A stretch of DNA of 64,000 nt from Acidobacteriota bacterium (GTDB lineage Bacteria; Acidobacteriota; UBA890; WLXD01): the NCBI GenBank assembly GCA_963666215.2, contig CAXWPL010000005.1, positions 288,001-352,000 of the forward strand, in the 5' to 3' direction. A model generated the notes under the pieces. The model made no database searches and was not told the DNA's origin. It was given only the letters and a program-made list of their open reading frames with translations. This document shows positions 27,755 through 36,644 of the stretch, one piece after another (the first letter of the stretch is position 1; each line of letters opens with the position of its first letter). The translations under genes and the position numbers were made by a program.

Positions 27755-28927
27755 ATGCGTCCGATCCGGATCGCAATCGTCGGCGTGGGCAACTGCGCCA
27801 GCTCGTTGCTGCAGGGAATCGAGTGGTACCGCCGCCGGTCCACCGACTTCGCTACGCGCGACGCGGTGCGCGAAGAGCACCTCGGCCTGATGAACTACGA
27901 GATCGGCGGCTATCGGCCGTTCGATATCGAGGTGGTCGCCGCATTCGACGTCGACGGCCGCAAGGTCGGCCTGCCCGTCGAAGAGACGATTTTTTCGCCG
28001 CCCAACAACACGATGGTGCTGCAGCGTGATCTGCCCGCCACCGAGGTGTTCGTGCAGATGTCGCCCGTTCTCGATGGGGTGGCCGAGCACATGGCTGATT
28101 ATCCGGACCGGCAGACATTCGTTGTTGCCGACGAGCCGGCCGTCGATGTGGAGCGAGTGCTGCGCGCCAGCGGCGCCGAGATCCTGCTCAACTACCTGCC
28201 CGTCGGCTCCGAGGCGGCGACTCGATTCTATGCCGAGTGCGCGCTCAACACCGGAACGTCGTTCATCAACTGCATTCCGGTATTCATCGTGTCCGACGAG
28301 GGCTGGGGCCGGCGCTTCGCCGAGTCCGGAATCCCCTGCGTCGGAGACGAGATCAAGGCACAGGTGGGCGCCACGATCACGCACCGCGCGCTAGCTCGAC
28401 TCATGGTCGAGCGCGGCGCCCGGCTTGACCGCACCTATCAGCTCAACACCGGTGGCAACACCGACTTCCTCAACATGCTCAACCGCGACCGACTGGCGTC
28501 GAAGAAGATCAGCAAGACGGCGGCGGTGGCCTCACAGCTGCCGTATGAGATGTCGCCCGACGACATCCACATCGGCCCCTCCGATTTCGTGCCGTGGCAG
28601 AAGGACAACAAGCTCTGCTTTCTGCGACTCGAGGGGCGCGGCTTTGCCGGCTTCCCGGTGGAGATGGAGCTGCGACTGTCGGTGGAGGACTCGCCCAACA
28701 GCGCCGGCTGCTGCGTCGATGCCATCCGCGCCTGCAAGCTGGCGCGCGATAGAGGCATCGGAGGACCTCTCGAGGACATCTCGGCGTACCTCATGAAGCA
28801 CCCGCCACGACAGATGACCGACGACCATGCCCGACGACGAGTCGAGGCCTTCGTTAGCCACTCTCCACCGACTGACCTACCTTCGCCCGACAGCGATCGC
28901 GTGGACCTGGCGCACGCGACGGCGTAG
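27755..28927 (+). CDS. ino1: Inositol-3-phosphate synthase
   Basis: IAIVGVGNCASSLLQG, NYLPVGSE, GDEIKAQVGAT, YQLNTGGNTDFLNM, SKKISKT and EDSPNSAG motifs. Confidence 0.95.
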   Translation: MRPIRIAIVGVGNCASSLLQGIEWYRRRSTDFATRDAVREEHLGLMNYEIGGYRPFDIEVVAAFDVDGRKVGLPVEETIFSPPNNTMVLQRDLPATEVFVQMSPVLDGVAEHMADYPDRQTFVVADEPAVDVERVLRASGAEILLNYLPVGSEAATRFYAECALNTGTSFINCIPVFIVSDEGWGRRFAESGIPCVGDEIKAQVGATITHRALARLMVERGARLDRTYQLNTGGNTDFLNMLNRDRLASKKISKTAAVASQLPYEMSPDDIHIGPSDFVPWQKDNKLCFLRLEGRGFAGFPVEMELRLSVEDSPNSAGCCVDAIRACKLARDRGIGGPLEDISAYLMKHPPRQMTDDHARRRVEAFVSHSPPTDLPSPDSDRVDLAHATA

Positions 28928-29067
28928 TCTCCCGGGGGCCGTCAAAGGGGCGCTGGCCGCCCCTTCGGCGGTCAGCCGAGAACCGCCGACGTCTACCAGT
29001 TATCCGATGCCTCTCGAGATCCATTAGGGGCTCAGCATCGAGCCTCTCGCGAGGCCTCCGACACAGC

Positions 29068-29664
29068 ATGATCAGTCACTCCATCGCACGCTTCTTCCAG
29101 GCGCTGAAGGCCGCTATCGCCAAGGCGGTCAGTTCCATTGGAATCCATCCGAACTTCATCACCGTCTCATCGCTGTTCCCGATGGTGATCGCCGCCTGGG
29201 CTCTTTCCGAAGGACGTCTGGTGACCGCCGGGCTCTGGATCATCGCCGGCGGCGCGCTCGACCTGATCGACGGCGCGGTGGCGCGGCTCTCGGGCAAGGC
29301 GACGCCATTCGGTGGCGTGCTCGATTCAGTTGTCGACCGAGCCTCCGACACGCTTCTGTACGTGGGCGCGGTCCTCTACTTCGACCGCATCGGCGAGCCG
29401 CTCTACGTCGGTCTCAGCGCCATCGCCCTGGGCGGAGCGCTGGCCGTCTCGTACACCCGGGCGCGCGCCGAGAACGTCATTCCCGAATGCGAGGTCGGCT
29501 TCTTCGAGCGCGGCGAGCGCATCGTGCTGCTGTTGCTCGGATTACTGGTCAACCGCCTGCCCCAAGCCATCCTGTTGCTGGCGGTGCTATCGTGGCTCAC
29601 GACCGTGCAGCGATTGATCCATGCTCACCGCCACATCAGCGCGACAACAGCTCAGGATCGATGA
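29068..29664 (+). CDS. CDP-alcohol phosphatidyltransferase (phosphatidylinositol-phosphate synthase-like)
   Basis: DLIDGAVAR...G..LD...DR signature; SYTRARAE and GFFERGER; adjacent to ino1. Confidence 0.92.
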   Translation: MISHSIARFFQALKAAIAKAVSSIGIHPNFITVSSLFPMVIAAWALSEGRLVTAGLWIIAGGALDLIDGAVARLSGKATPFGGVLDSVVDRASDTLLYVGAVLYFDRIGEPLYVGLSAIALGGALAVSYTRARAENVIPECEVGFFERGERIVLLLLGLLVNRLPQAILLLAVLSWLTTVQRLIHAHRHISATTAQDR

Positions 29665-29734
29665 CCGCAACTTCAACGCCGGGAGGGCGGCCGCCAAGAA
29701 CGGCCAACCAGAGGCATTACCAAGGATCCTCCTG

Positions 29735-30664
29735 ATGACTCAGATGCGCCTATTCGGGGCCCTCGTGGTGACGCTGTTCGCATCGGCCATCTTCACGTCG
29801 GCCAGCCCTCGCGGGTCGACGCCACGGTCGGCGGTTGCGGCTGCACAGAAGTTCTACGTCGCCGACGGCACGGGTTCTGGCAGCAAGGTCGCAGGTGATT
29901 GCGACTCCAATCCGAGCGAATTGTCGGTGCTCAGCTCAGGCTCGGGCAAGCTGAAGAAGATCGGCGACATCGACTTTAACCGGGTTTCCGCGATCGATGT
30001 TGGACTCAACGGCAAGCTCTACGGCGTGGGCGAGAAGAGCAACTGCGACATCGCCTTCATCGAGATCAACACGGACAACGGTCAGGGCACCGAGATCAGG
30101 ACAATCGGGAACGCGCAGGACGACGACAACATCGAAGCGGTCACCGACATGACAGTGCGGAACGCCAAGGAGTTCCTGCTGCACACGTTCGCGTTCAGCC
30201 CCCCGGTTGAGGACCTTCGCCGGATCAAGATCAAGAAAGGCAAGCTCAAGAAGGGGCTGGGTGTAGCCAGTGCCGATTGCTGTGGCGAGGGCCTCGCGCA
30301 CGTATCCAAGAAAGCTGCCGGCCGGTTGGGTTTCGAACAGCCGGCCGCAGTGACACACAACCCAACGCCAACGCCGAAAGAGCCGAAGGGCCTGTGGATT
30401 GTCAACGGCACGGCTGCGGAGCGCTACAAGAAAAAGGGCGCACCGGTGTCGTCGGCACCGATGGACTATGGACCCTTCGGCAAGGGTGCGCGGGTGAACG
30501 CCATGGACCGGTGCCGGGACCAAAAAGTCTACGGGCTGGTCAACGTCGGCGACGGCGGCCCCGAGCGTGAGCCCGGCCTGGTACTTCTCGACCTGGCAAC
30601 TGCCACGTTGCAGCTCGTGGTGCCCGAAGTCGTCGGCGGTGACGCGCTGGCCTGCATCGACTAG
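29735..30664 (+). CDS. Putative secreted Lys/Cys-rich hypothetical protein
   Basis: Signal-peptide-like N-terminus (MRLFGALVVTLFASAIFTSA); beta-strand-rich repeats (KLYGV, KVYGLV); coding-like GC3. Confidence 0.65.
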   Translation: MTQMRLFGALVVTLFASAIFTSASPRGSTPRSAVAAAQKFYVADGTGSGSKVAGDCDSNPSELSVLSSGSGKLKKIGDIDFNRVSAIDVGLNGKLYGVGEKSNCDIAFIEINTDNGQGTEIRTIGNAQDDDNIEAVTDMTVRNAKEFLLHTFAFSPPVEDLRRIKIKKGKLKKGLGVASADCCGEGLAHVSKKAAGRLGFEQPAAVTHNPTPTPKEPKGLWIVNGTAAERYKKKGAPVSSAPMDYGPFGKGARVNAMDRCRDQKVYGLVNVGDGGPEREPGLVLLDLATATLQLVVPEVVGGDALACID

Positions 30665-30709
30665 CTTGATCCAACGGCGCCAGATCGCCTCGACACGCTG
30701 GGGGCGAAG

Positions 30710-31684
30710 CTAGGCGGGTAGCGGGGCCGCCATGTAATGCTGGGGCTTGCGCTGATCGATCGCCGACGCGCGCCGCACACACCCGACGGTGCACGACGGC
30801 GCGCAGCCCTTGGGCGTGTGGTACTCGCGCTCGAGGTCGGCGCGGGTGTACTCGAGTAAGGCGGTACCCGGCTCGCCCCGACGCTGGCTGCAGTACGAGA
30901 CGTCGCCGAACTCATCGATGTACAGGTAGCGAGCGCCAGCGCGGCACTTCCAGTTGGAGATGCCGTCGCTCAGCATGTCGCGCTCCCAGCCCTCGCCGAA
31001 GCCATGAAAAAAGCTCTTCTTCGAATTGCCATGGATCTCGTGGTACAGCTCCGGCAGATCGGCACCGAGAAGCCCCGCGTCGAGCTGGCCCTCGTCGTCG
31101 TGCATCAACCCGACGGTCATGTAGAAGCCGAGCTCGCGAACTCCCGCAACGACCTCACGAGTTTCTTCCGGCGAGCAAGAGCCGAGCACCGCGTTGACGT
31201 TGACCGCGAACCTGGCGTGCTCGACCAAGAGCTTCAAGCGCCCCTTGAGACGCGACCAGGACTTCTGCGAGATCTCGTTGGGTTCGACATTGTCGATGGA
31301 GATCTGCAGCAGCGTCAGCCGGGCCTTGTTGAGGCGCTCGATCCAGGTCTTGGTGAGCGGGTAGCCGTTGGTGATCGAGGTGCACACCATGCCGAGCTTC
31401 ACCGAATGCGCAATCACCTCATCGACCTGCGGATGAATCATCGGCTCACCACCCGTGAGCGTCACCGACACGGTGCCGAGCTCACGCAGCTTGTCGAGCC
31501 TCTGTTTCAGAACGTCGATCGGGATCGGCGCCGAGACCTGGTCGTACTCGTTGCAGTAACCGCACGAGAGATTGCAGCGACGCGTGACGACGATCTGCGT
31601 CTGCAGCGGGACGTACGGATCTCTGAGGGCGCGCAGAACACCGCGCGTCGCACCGAGAAACGGCTGGGGTATGAGTCGCGCCAT
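30710..31684 (-). CDS. Radical SAM protein with a C-terminal auxiliary Cys cluster
   Basis: CNLSCGYC, TLTGGEP and ITNG motifs; C-terminal CRAG...YC...CAPSCTVGC. Confidence 0.9.
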   Translation of the reverse strand: MARLIPQPFLGATRGVLRALRDPYVPLQTQIVVTRRCNLSCGYCNEYDQVSAPIPIDVLKQRLDKLRELGTVSVTLTGGEPMIHPQVDEVIAHSVKLGMVCTSITNGYPLTKTWIERLNKARLTLLQISIDNVEPNEISQKSWSRLKGRLKLLVEHARFAVNVNAVLGSCSPEETREVVAGVRELGFYMTVGLMHDDEGQLDAGLLGADLPELYHEIHGNSKKSFFHGFGEGWERDMLSDGISNWKCRAGARYLYIDEFGDVSYCSQRRGEPGTALLEYTRADLEREYHTPKGCAPSCTVGCVRRASAIDQRKPQHYMAAPLPA

Positions 31685-31976
31685 GGTGTTGCGCCCTTGC
31701 CGCCGCAGCTGCGGCATGCGGTACCGGCCAATCGAGTCGGCCGGTCAGGCTCCGGGGAGCAGAAAGAGTAGCAGGATGATCAGAGCGCAGATGACGTCGT
31801 ATTGCCACGAACCACGGGGCCAGTTGAGGAACAGCCAACGTCCGGTCGAACCCCACATCGCCAACCCTCGGCGGGTGTCGGTTTGCGCGCGCTCTGTCAT
31901 CGGATCGAATGCTTTCTCGGCGGCTTCTCGTACAGGTGCGGGTACGCGAGTCTATACGTTGGTCGCCAGATGCAGA

Positions 31977-33020
31977 CTACATGCTGCGCGCGACAATGAA
32001 GTCGGGCAGCTCGGCCAGCGCGTCGCGGACCTCATTATGCGGCAGCACGGCGAGCGCAGTGCGCCCCTGGTCGGCATAGCGGCGAGCCTCCTCGCGTGTC
32101 GCTTCGAGGCTGCCAGTTTCACGCATGGCAGCCAATACGCGCGGCAGCCCATCGGCAGTTTGAGCCGGGCTACCCAAACAGGCAAGCGCCAGCTCGCAGT
32201 GCTTGCGGGAGCCGTGCTCGAGCAGATGGATGAGCGGGAAGGTCACCTTACCCTCGCGCAGGTCGGCCCCGGGCTCCTTTCCGAACTTGGCCACATCGGC
32301 ATCGTAGTCGAGCAGGTCGTCGATCAGTTGGAATGCGATCCCGACGTCGTGGCCGTAGCCGGCAAGCGCCGCCTCCTGCTCGGGTTCGACGCCGGCGAGC
32401 ACTGCTGCCGCCTGTGCGCAGCCGGCGAACAGCGAGGCCGTTTTCCGATCGATGATGTCCATGTATGTGGCTAAATCGAGCTCCAAGTTGCCGTTGTGCA
32501 TGACATCCAGCATCTCACCCTCGACCAACCGGCTGGTCGCCTTTGTGAGCACCTCGACGAGCCGTAGCTTGCCTATCGACACGCTCATCGAAAGCGACTT
32601 GGCATAGAGAAAATCGCCAAAGAGCACCGCGAGTTGATTGCCCCAGACGCCGTTCGCCGGTGGCTTCCCACGTCGAACCATGGAGCCGTCGACGATGTCG
32701 TCGTGAACCAGAGATGCCGTGTGGATGAGCTCCACGATGACGCCGAGGTCGACATCCGCATCGCCGCGGTAACCGCAGGTACGGGCGCACAGCAGCACCA
32801 ACGCCGGTCGTAGCCGCTTGCCACCGTTCTGATGCAGATAAGTGGCGATCTCACGCACCAGCGCGATATCGGAGGCAATGAGGCCGTGGATTTGTCTCTC
32901 CACCAGCACCAAGCGATCCTTGGCGAGGTGGTAGGCGGCAGTGTGCGTATGCGCCGGTTGGCTGGAGGAGAACTGCATCGCCAGAGGGGCCGTTGGGTCA
33001 GCTACCGCGATACTCGACAT
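31977..33020 (-). CDS. Polyprenyl (octa/heptaprenyl-type) diphosphate synthase
   Basis: GGKRLRP, FARM SLVHDDIVD..RRG, KTASLF and SARM FQLIDDLLD motifs. Confidence 0.93.
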   Translation of the reverse strand: MSSIAVADPTAPLAMQFSSSQPAHTHTAAYHLAKDRLVLVERQIHGLIASDIALVREIATYLHQNGGKRLRPALVLLCARTCGYRGDADVDLGVIVELIHTASLVHDDIVDGSMVRRGKPPANGVWGNQLAVLFGDFLYAKSLSMSVSIGKLRLVEVLTKATSRLVEGEMLDVMHNGNLELDLATYMDIIDRKTASLFAGCAQAAAVLAGVEPEQEAALAGYGHDVGIAFQLIDDLLDYDADVAKFGKEPGADLREGKVTFPLIHLLEHGSRKHCELALACLGSPAQTADGLPRVLAAMRETGSLEATREEARRYADQGRTALAVLPHNEVRDALAELPDFIVARSM

Positions 33021-33717
33021 CGACCCCGGGCGGGATCTCGAACCGGAAAAGCTCATCCGACACGCCGACATCGGTTTCTATCGTGAGGAATCGATATTCC
33101 GTCGACTCCCCGAGACGGCCGAAAGATACCAGGCGCGCGATCAGAGCGGTATCCGGGTCGATCTCCACAACCAGACGCTGGAAGTCGGTACCGTCGGCGC
33201 GGGGATCGAGTTGCAGCTGTACGTTGCCAGGTTGCAGGCGCTCCTCCCACTCCGTTCCCGAAACATGGAAGTCGCCCACCAGGTCGCCCTGACCCGCGAG
33301 ATAGGCGATGGGGAGCTGTCCGGCCCCGGCTTTCTCCGCAGGATAGATATGCACCTGATTGTCCTCCGGAACGTACCAGTACACGGCTTCGCCGTCGGCC
33401 ACGAAGGTGCGCCCGCTGCCGTCGTACTCCACACGAACCAGGTTCGGCGTGCGGATAACCCACACTCCCGTGCTTTCGACCACAACGCTGCCCCGTCGCC
33501 TCTGCTGACGCTGGAGGAAGCGCATCCGCAGATCGTCGAAGCCACGATAGCGTTCCTGTACGGCGCGCAGCAGGGCCTCGAGCGGTAGCTCGTGGTGCGT
33601 CTCCGTTGCCTGGGCGCGTGCCGGCGACACGCCGACGCTGAACCCGCCGCCGAGACTCAATACGCCGACAAGCACCAGGAACGGCAGCCGGCCACTAGCG
33701 CTGTTTTGAAGGCTCAT
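32998..33717 (-). CDS. lolA: Outer-membrane lipoprotein carrier LolA-family protein
   Basis: Signal peptide; F.Q, G..VIRTP..VR.EY, FVADG..VY.Y.PE.NQV and F.F.IPPGVDV. Confidence 0.85.
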   Translation of the reverse strand: MSLQNSASGRLPFLVLVGVLSLGGGFSVGVSPARAQATETHHELPLEALLRAVQERYRGFDDLRMRFLQRQQRRRGSVVVESTGVWVIRTPNLVRVEYDGSGRTFVADGEAVYWYVPEDNQVHIYPAEKAGAGQLPIAYLAGQGDLVGDFHVSGTEWEERLQPGNVQLQLDPRADGTDFQRLVVEIDPDTALIARLVSFGRLGESTEYRFLTIETDVGVSDELFRFEIPPGVDVEYRGS

Positions 33718-33846
33718 ATCGGGCTGCCGCGAGCAGGCGCTCGGCTGAGGGTCGGGTTTTGGGCTGCGGAAGAGAACTGAAACGCCGAGGCGCCGAGACG
33801 TCGCACGCTCGTAAAGGCTAACCGGACCGCCAAACGGCTCGACCCC

Positions 33847-33858
33847 TGGTATCATACC
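33847..33858. promoter_or_regulatory. Candidate bidirectional -10 element (TATCAT on +, TATGAT on -)
   Basis: Palindromic GGTATCATACC between the divergent lolA and thiD-like genes. Confidence 0.35.
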
Positions 33859-33975
33859 GCGATCTCGCGGCACGCCCCCGACCCTTCAGGGGCGCTCTCC
33901 CGCTTCAGCTTTCCTCACGGGCGACTCCACCGGCTCCGGTCGAATCGTCCTGCCGCTGCTTTCCGGACCCTCCTC

Positions 33976-34752
33976 ATGTCGGTACGTGTGCTCGTCGTTT
34001 CGCCCCTGGACACCACCGGCAGACACGGCCTCGCCGCTGATGTACGCGCCGTGGAAACAACCGGCGCCACAGCGGTCGCGATACCTTCGGGGATCTTGCT
34101 GGGCGCCGCTCCCGACAGCAAGGGAGGCCTGCATTTGGCGCCTCAGACACCGTGGGTTCTCGAGCGTGCCATCGACGAGGCGATGCAGGAGCCGGTGGAC
34201 GCTCTATTCCTGGGCGCTCTGCCACGCTACCGCCAGGTCAAGGCGCTGGGGCGTATTCTCGACCGTGCGCTGCCCGAGGTGCTCGTGTGGGCACCCCTCG
34301 CGTGTCACCCTCGGGTCGACACGCTCAACGGAGCCTGGAGCCGACGCGAGCTCCGCCGCCGCCTGCCGGCCGATAGCACCGTAATCGTGCTGCCGAGCAA
34401 TCGCGCCAACTGGCCCGCCGACGCCCCTGCGAGAGCGGCGGCCACCGACGAGGAAACCGACCCGTCCGCGGAATCGCTGGGTGCCGGTGCCACGCCGTTG
34501 CTGGACGAGGGTGCCTACGCCGTGTGGCTGCGCGGCGAGCCTGCGTCGGGCCGCTGCATCGATCGCGTAGTCACTGGGCGCGGCACGAGCGTGATCGACT
34601 ACCCGGCGCTCGCAGTCTCGGGTGGCGACGTCGCGCCCGCGGCACTCGCCGGCTTGCTCGCCTTGGGTATCGAGCTGAGCGAAGCCATCGAACGGGCGCG
34701 TGCGGTAACCGCCGCAGAGAGTCAGCCCGAGCCCATCCTGGCGCTCGCGTAG
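33976..34752 (+). CDS. Degenerate ThiD/PdxK-like (ribokinase-fold) protein
   Basis: VLVVSPLDTTGRHGLAADV aligns by eye with the ThiD N-terminus; GAYAVWLRG; anion-hole motif not conserved. Confidence 0.6.
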   Translation: MSVRVLVVSPLDTTGRHGLAADVRAVETTGATAVAIPSGILLGAAPDSKGGLHLAPQTPWVLERAIDEAMQEPVDALFLGALPRYRQVKALGRILDRALPEVLVWAPLACHPRVDTLNGAWSRRELRRRLPADSTVIVLPSNRANWPADAPARAAATDEETDPSAESLGAGATPLLDEGAYAVWLRGEPASGRCIDRVVTGRGTSVIDYPALAVSGGDVAPAALAGLLALGIELSEAIERARAVTAAESQPEPILALA

Positions 34753-34765
34753 TCGAGCAGACCCC

Positions 34766-36334
34766 TCAGCTCTCGAGGCGCGGAAACAGCGCGTCTCCTG
34801 GCTGCAGGCGCCACGGTGACTCGGCGGGCTCCGCCAGCGCCGCCAGCGGGATCGGACTCCCGGAGCCGGATTGAGGCTCGGAGTCCAGCGAGGCAGCGAT
34901 CCCGAGCCGAGCGAACATCTGTTTGGCCCGCCCGGGCACGACCGGCTGCAGCAGAACCGCCAGCGTGCGCAGCGCATCCACAAGCTCCCAGAGAACACGA
35001 TCCAGTTTCTCCGCGGCCGCAGTGTCGTCCTTACGTCCGGCCAGCTCCCACGGTTTGGCCTCGTCGATTGCCAGATTCGCTGCCGAGACCAGCCGCCATG
35101 CCGCGGCCACGCCACCCTGAAGGTCGTAGGCATCCATACGCTCGCGGTAGTCGTGGATCGCCGCCACGCCAGCGGCTGGCAGCTTGGTGGCCGGCTCGCC
35201 GGGCAGTGGTTTCGTGAGCTCGGCGCCGCGATACTTGCCGGCCATCGCCAGCGTGCGCTGGAACAAATTGCCCAGATCGTTGGCCAGATCGGCGTTGTAG
35301 CGCTCTTCGAGGCGATCGAGATCGAAGTCGAGATCGCGGCCGAACGGCACCTCCCGAATGAGGAAGTAGCGCAACGCATCAACACCCACAACCGCCGCCG
35401 CCGCTAGCGGGTCGATGACGTTTCCGATCGTCTTGCTCATGCGCCCACCCCCCTGCTGCACGAATCCGTGCCCAAAGATCGTGCGCGGTAACGGCAACCC
35501 GGCGGCGAGCAGCATCGCGGGCCAAATCACCGCGTGGAAGCGAGTGATGTCCTTACCAACGAGGTGAACGTCGGCCGGCCAAAAGTCGGCATACTCCGAG
35601 CCCTCGTCCTCGTCGGGGTAGCCCAGACCTGTGAGGTAATTCGTCAGGGCGTCGAACCACACGTAGACCGCCTGTCCTTCGTACCCGGGCATCGGAATCC
35701 CCCACCCCGCAGCGCGACGGGAGATGCTGATGTCATCGAGTCCCTGATCCAGCAGAGCCAGGATCTCGTTGCGACGAACATCCGTGAGAACGAACTCGGG
35801 GTGCGCTGCGATGCGTGCCTTGAGCGGCTCCGTGTAGCGCGACATCCGGAAGAAAGCGTTCTCCTCCTCGCGCCAGTCGGGCTCGGTCAGATGCTGCGGG
35901 CATTTCCCGTCGACCAGATCGCGCTCTGAGTAGAACGCCTCGCAGCCGACGCAGTACCACCCGTTGTACGTATCGGTGTAGATATCCCCGTTAGCCTCGA
36001 CGCGCTCGAGAATCGCCAGAACGGCCCGCCGATGCCGCTCCTCGGTGGTGCGCACAAAGATGTCGTTCGACACCCCTAGCTTGGCCCAGGTGTCCTGGAA
36101 GATCGTCGCCATCCGATCGGTATATTCAGAAGGTTCCAGCCCCTGATCGATCGCCTTCTGCTCCACATTCTGCGAGTGCTCATCGAGCCCCAACAGAAAC
36201 CGCACGTCGCGCCCCAACAGCCGCTGGTAGCGCGCTATGACGTCGGCGGCAATCTTCTCGTAGGCCGTCCCCAGATGAGGCGGACTGTTGGGATAGTCGA
36301 TGGCGCAGGTGATGTAGAAACGGTCGTTTGGCAT
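34766..36334 (-). CDS. metG: Methionine--tRNA ligase (short form, no C-terminal dimerisation domain)
   Basis: FYITCAIDYPN..PHLGT, GLDEH, CVGCE, YVWFDAL, GKDI.RFH and RMSKT motifs. Confidence 0.96.
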   Translation of the reverse strand: MPNDRFYITCAIDYPNSPPHLGTAYEKIAADVIARYQRLLGRDVRFLLGLDEHSQNVEQKAIDQGLEPSEYTDRMATIFQDTWAKLGVSNDIFVRTTEERHRRAVLAILERVEANGDIYTDTYNGWYCVGCEAFYSERDLVDGKCPQHLTEPDWREEENAFFRMSRYTEPLKARIAAHPEFVLTDVRRNEILALLDQGLDDISISRRAAGWGIPMPGYEGQAVYVWFDALTNYLTGLGYPDEDEGSEYADFWPADVHLVGKDITRFHAVIWPAMLLAAGLPLPRTIFGHGFVQQGGGRMSKTIGNVIDPLAAAAVVGVDALRYFLIREVPFGRDLDFDLDRLEERYNADLANDLGNLFQRTLAMAGKYRGAELTKPLPGEPATKLPAAGVAAIHDYRERMDAYDLQGGVAAAWRLVSAANLAIDEAKPWELAGRKDDTAAAEKLDRVLWELVDALRTLAVLLQPVVPGRAKQMFARLGIAASLDSEPQSGSGSPIPLAALAEPAESPWRLQPGDALFPRLES

Positions 36335-36415
36335 GGTTTGGGGAGTCTACCGTGATGGCTGTGGCGCCGAGTGCGGGTACGGCGGCGGGTCGTGAGCGCT
36401 GGGCTTAGGAGGAGA

Positions 36416-36564
36416 GCTCGGACGGATACACCCTCTCCTAGGCGATGCCCTGCGCAACGAAAAATCGCCGCGGGCAAAGATCGTCACTTGACCCGAGCCA
36501 CTCCGCACGGCCCGCGGCTACTGCTCGCAGCCAATCGTCTAGGAGGGGGTGTGTCCGTCCGTGC
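36416..36564 (+). repeat. ~150-nt rod-like palindromic element, copy 1
   Basis: 28-bp terminal stem 36419-46/36534-61 with three G.U pairs; inner stem 36467-75/36510-18; homologous to 48894-49044. Confidence 0.85.
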
Positions 36565-36644
36565 GGCCCACGCCCAGAAAGTGTCGGATCCGACCGTGCA
36601 CACCACGCCGGAGGGGCCGCCGAGCGCAGGACGTTGACGATCAG

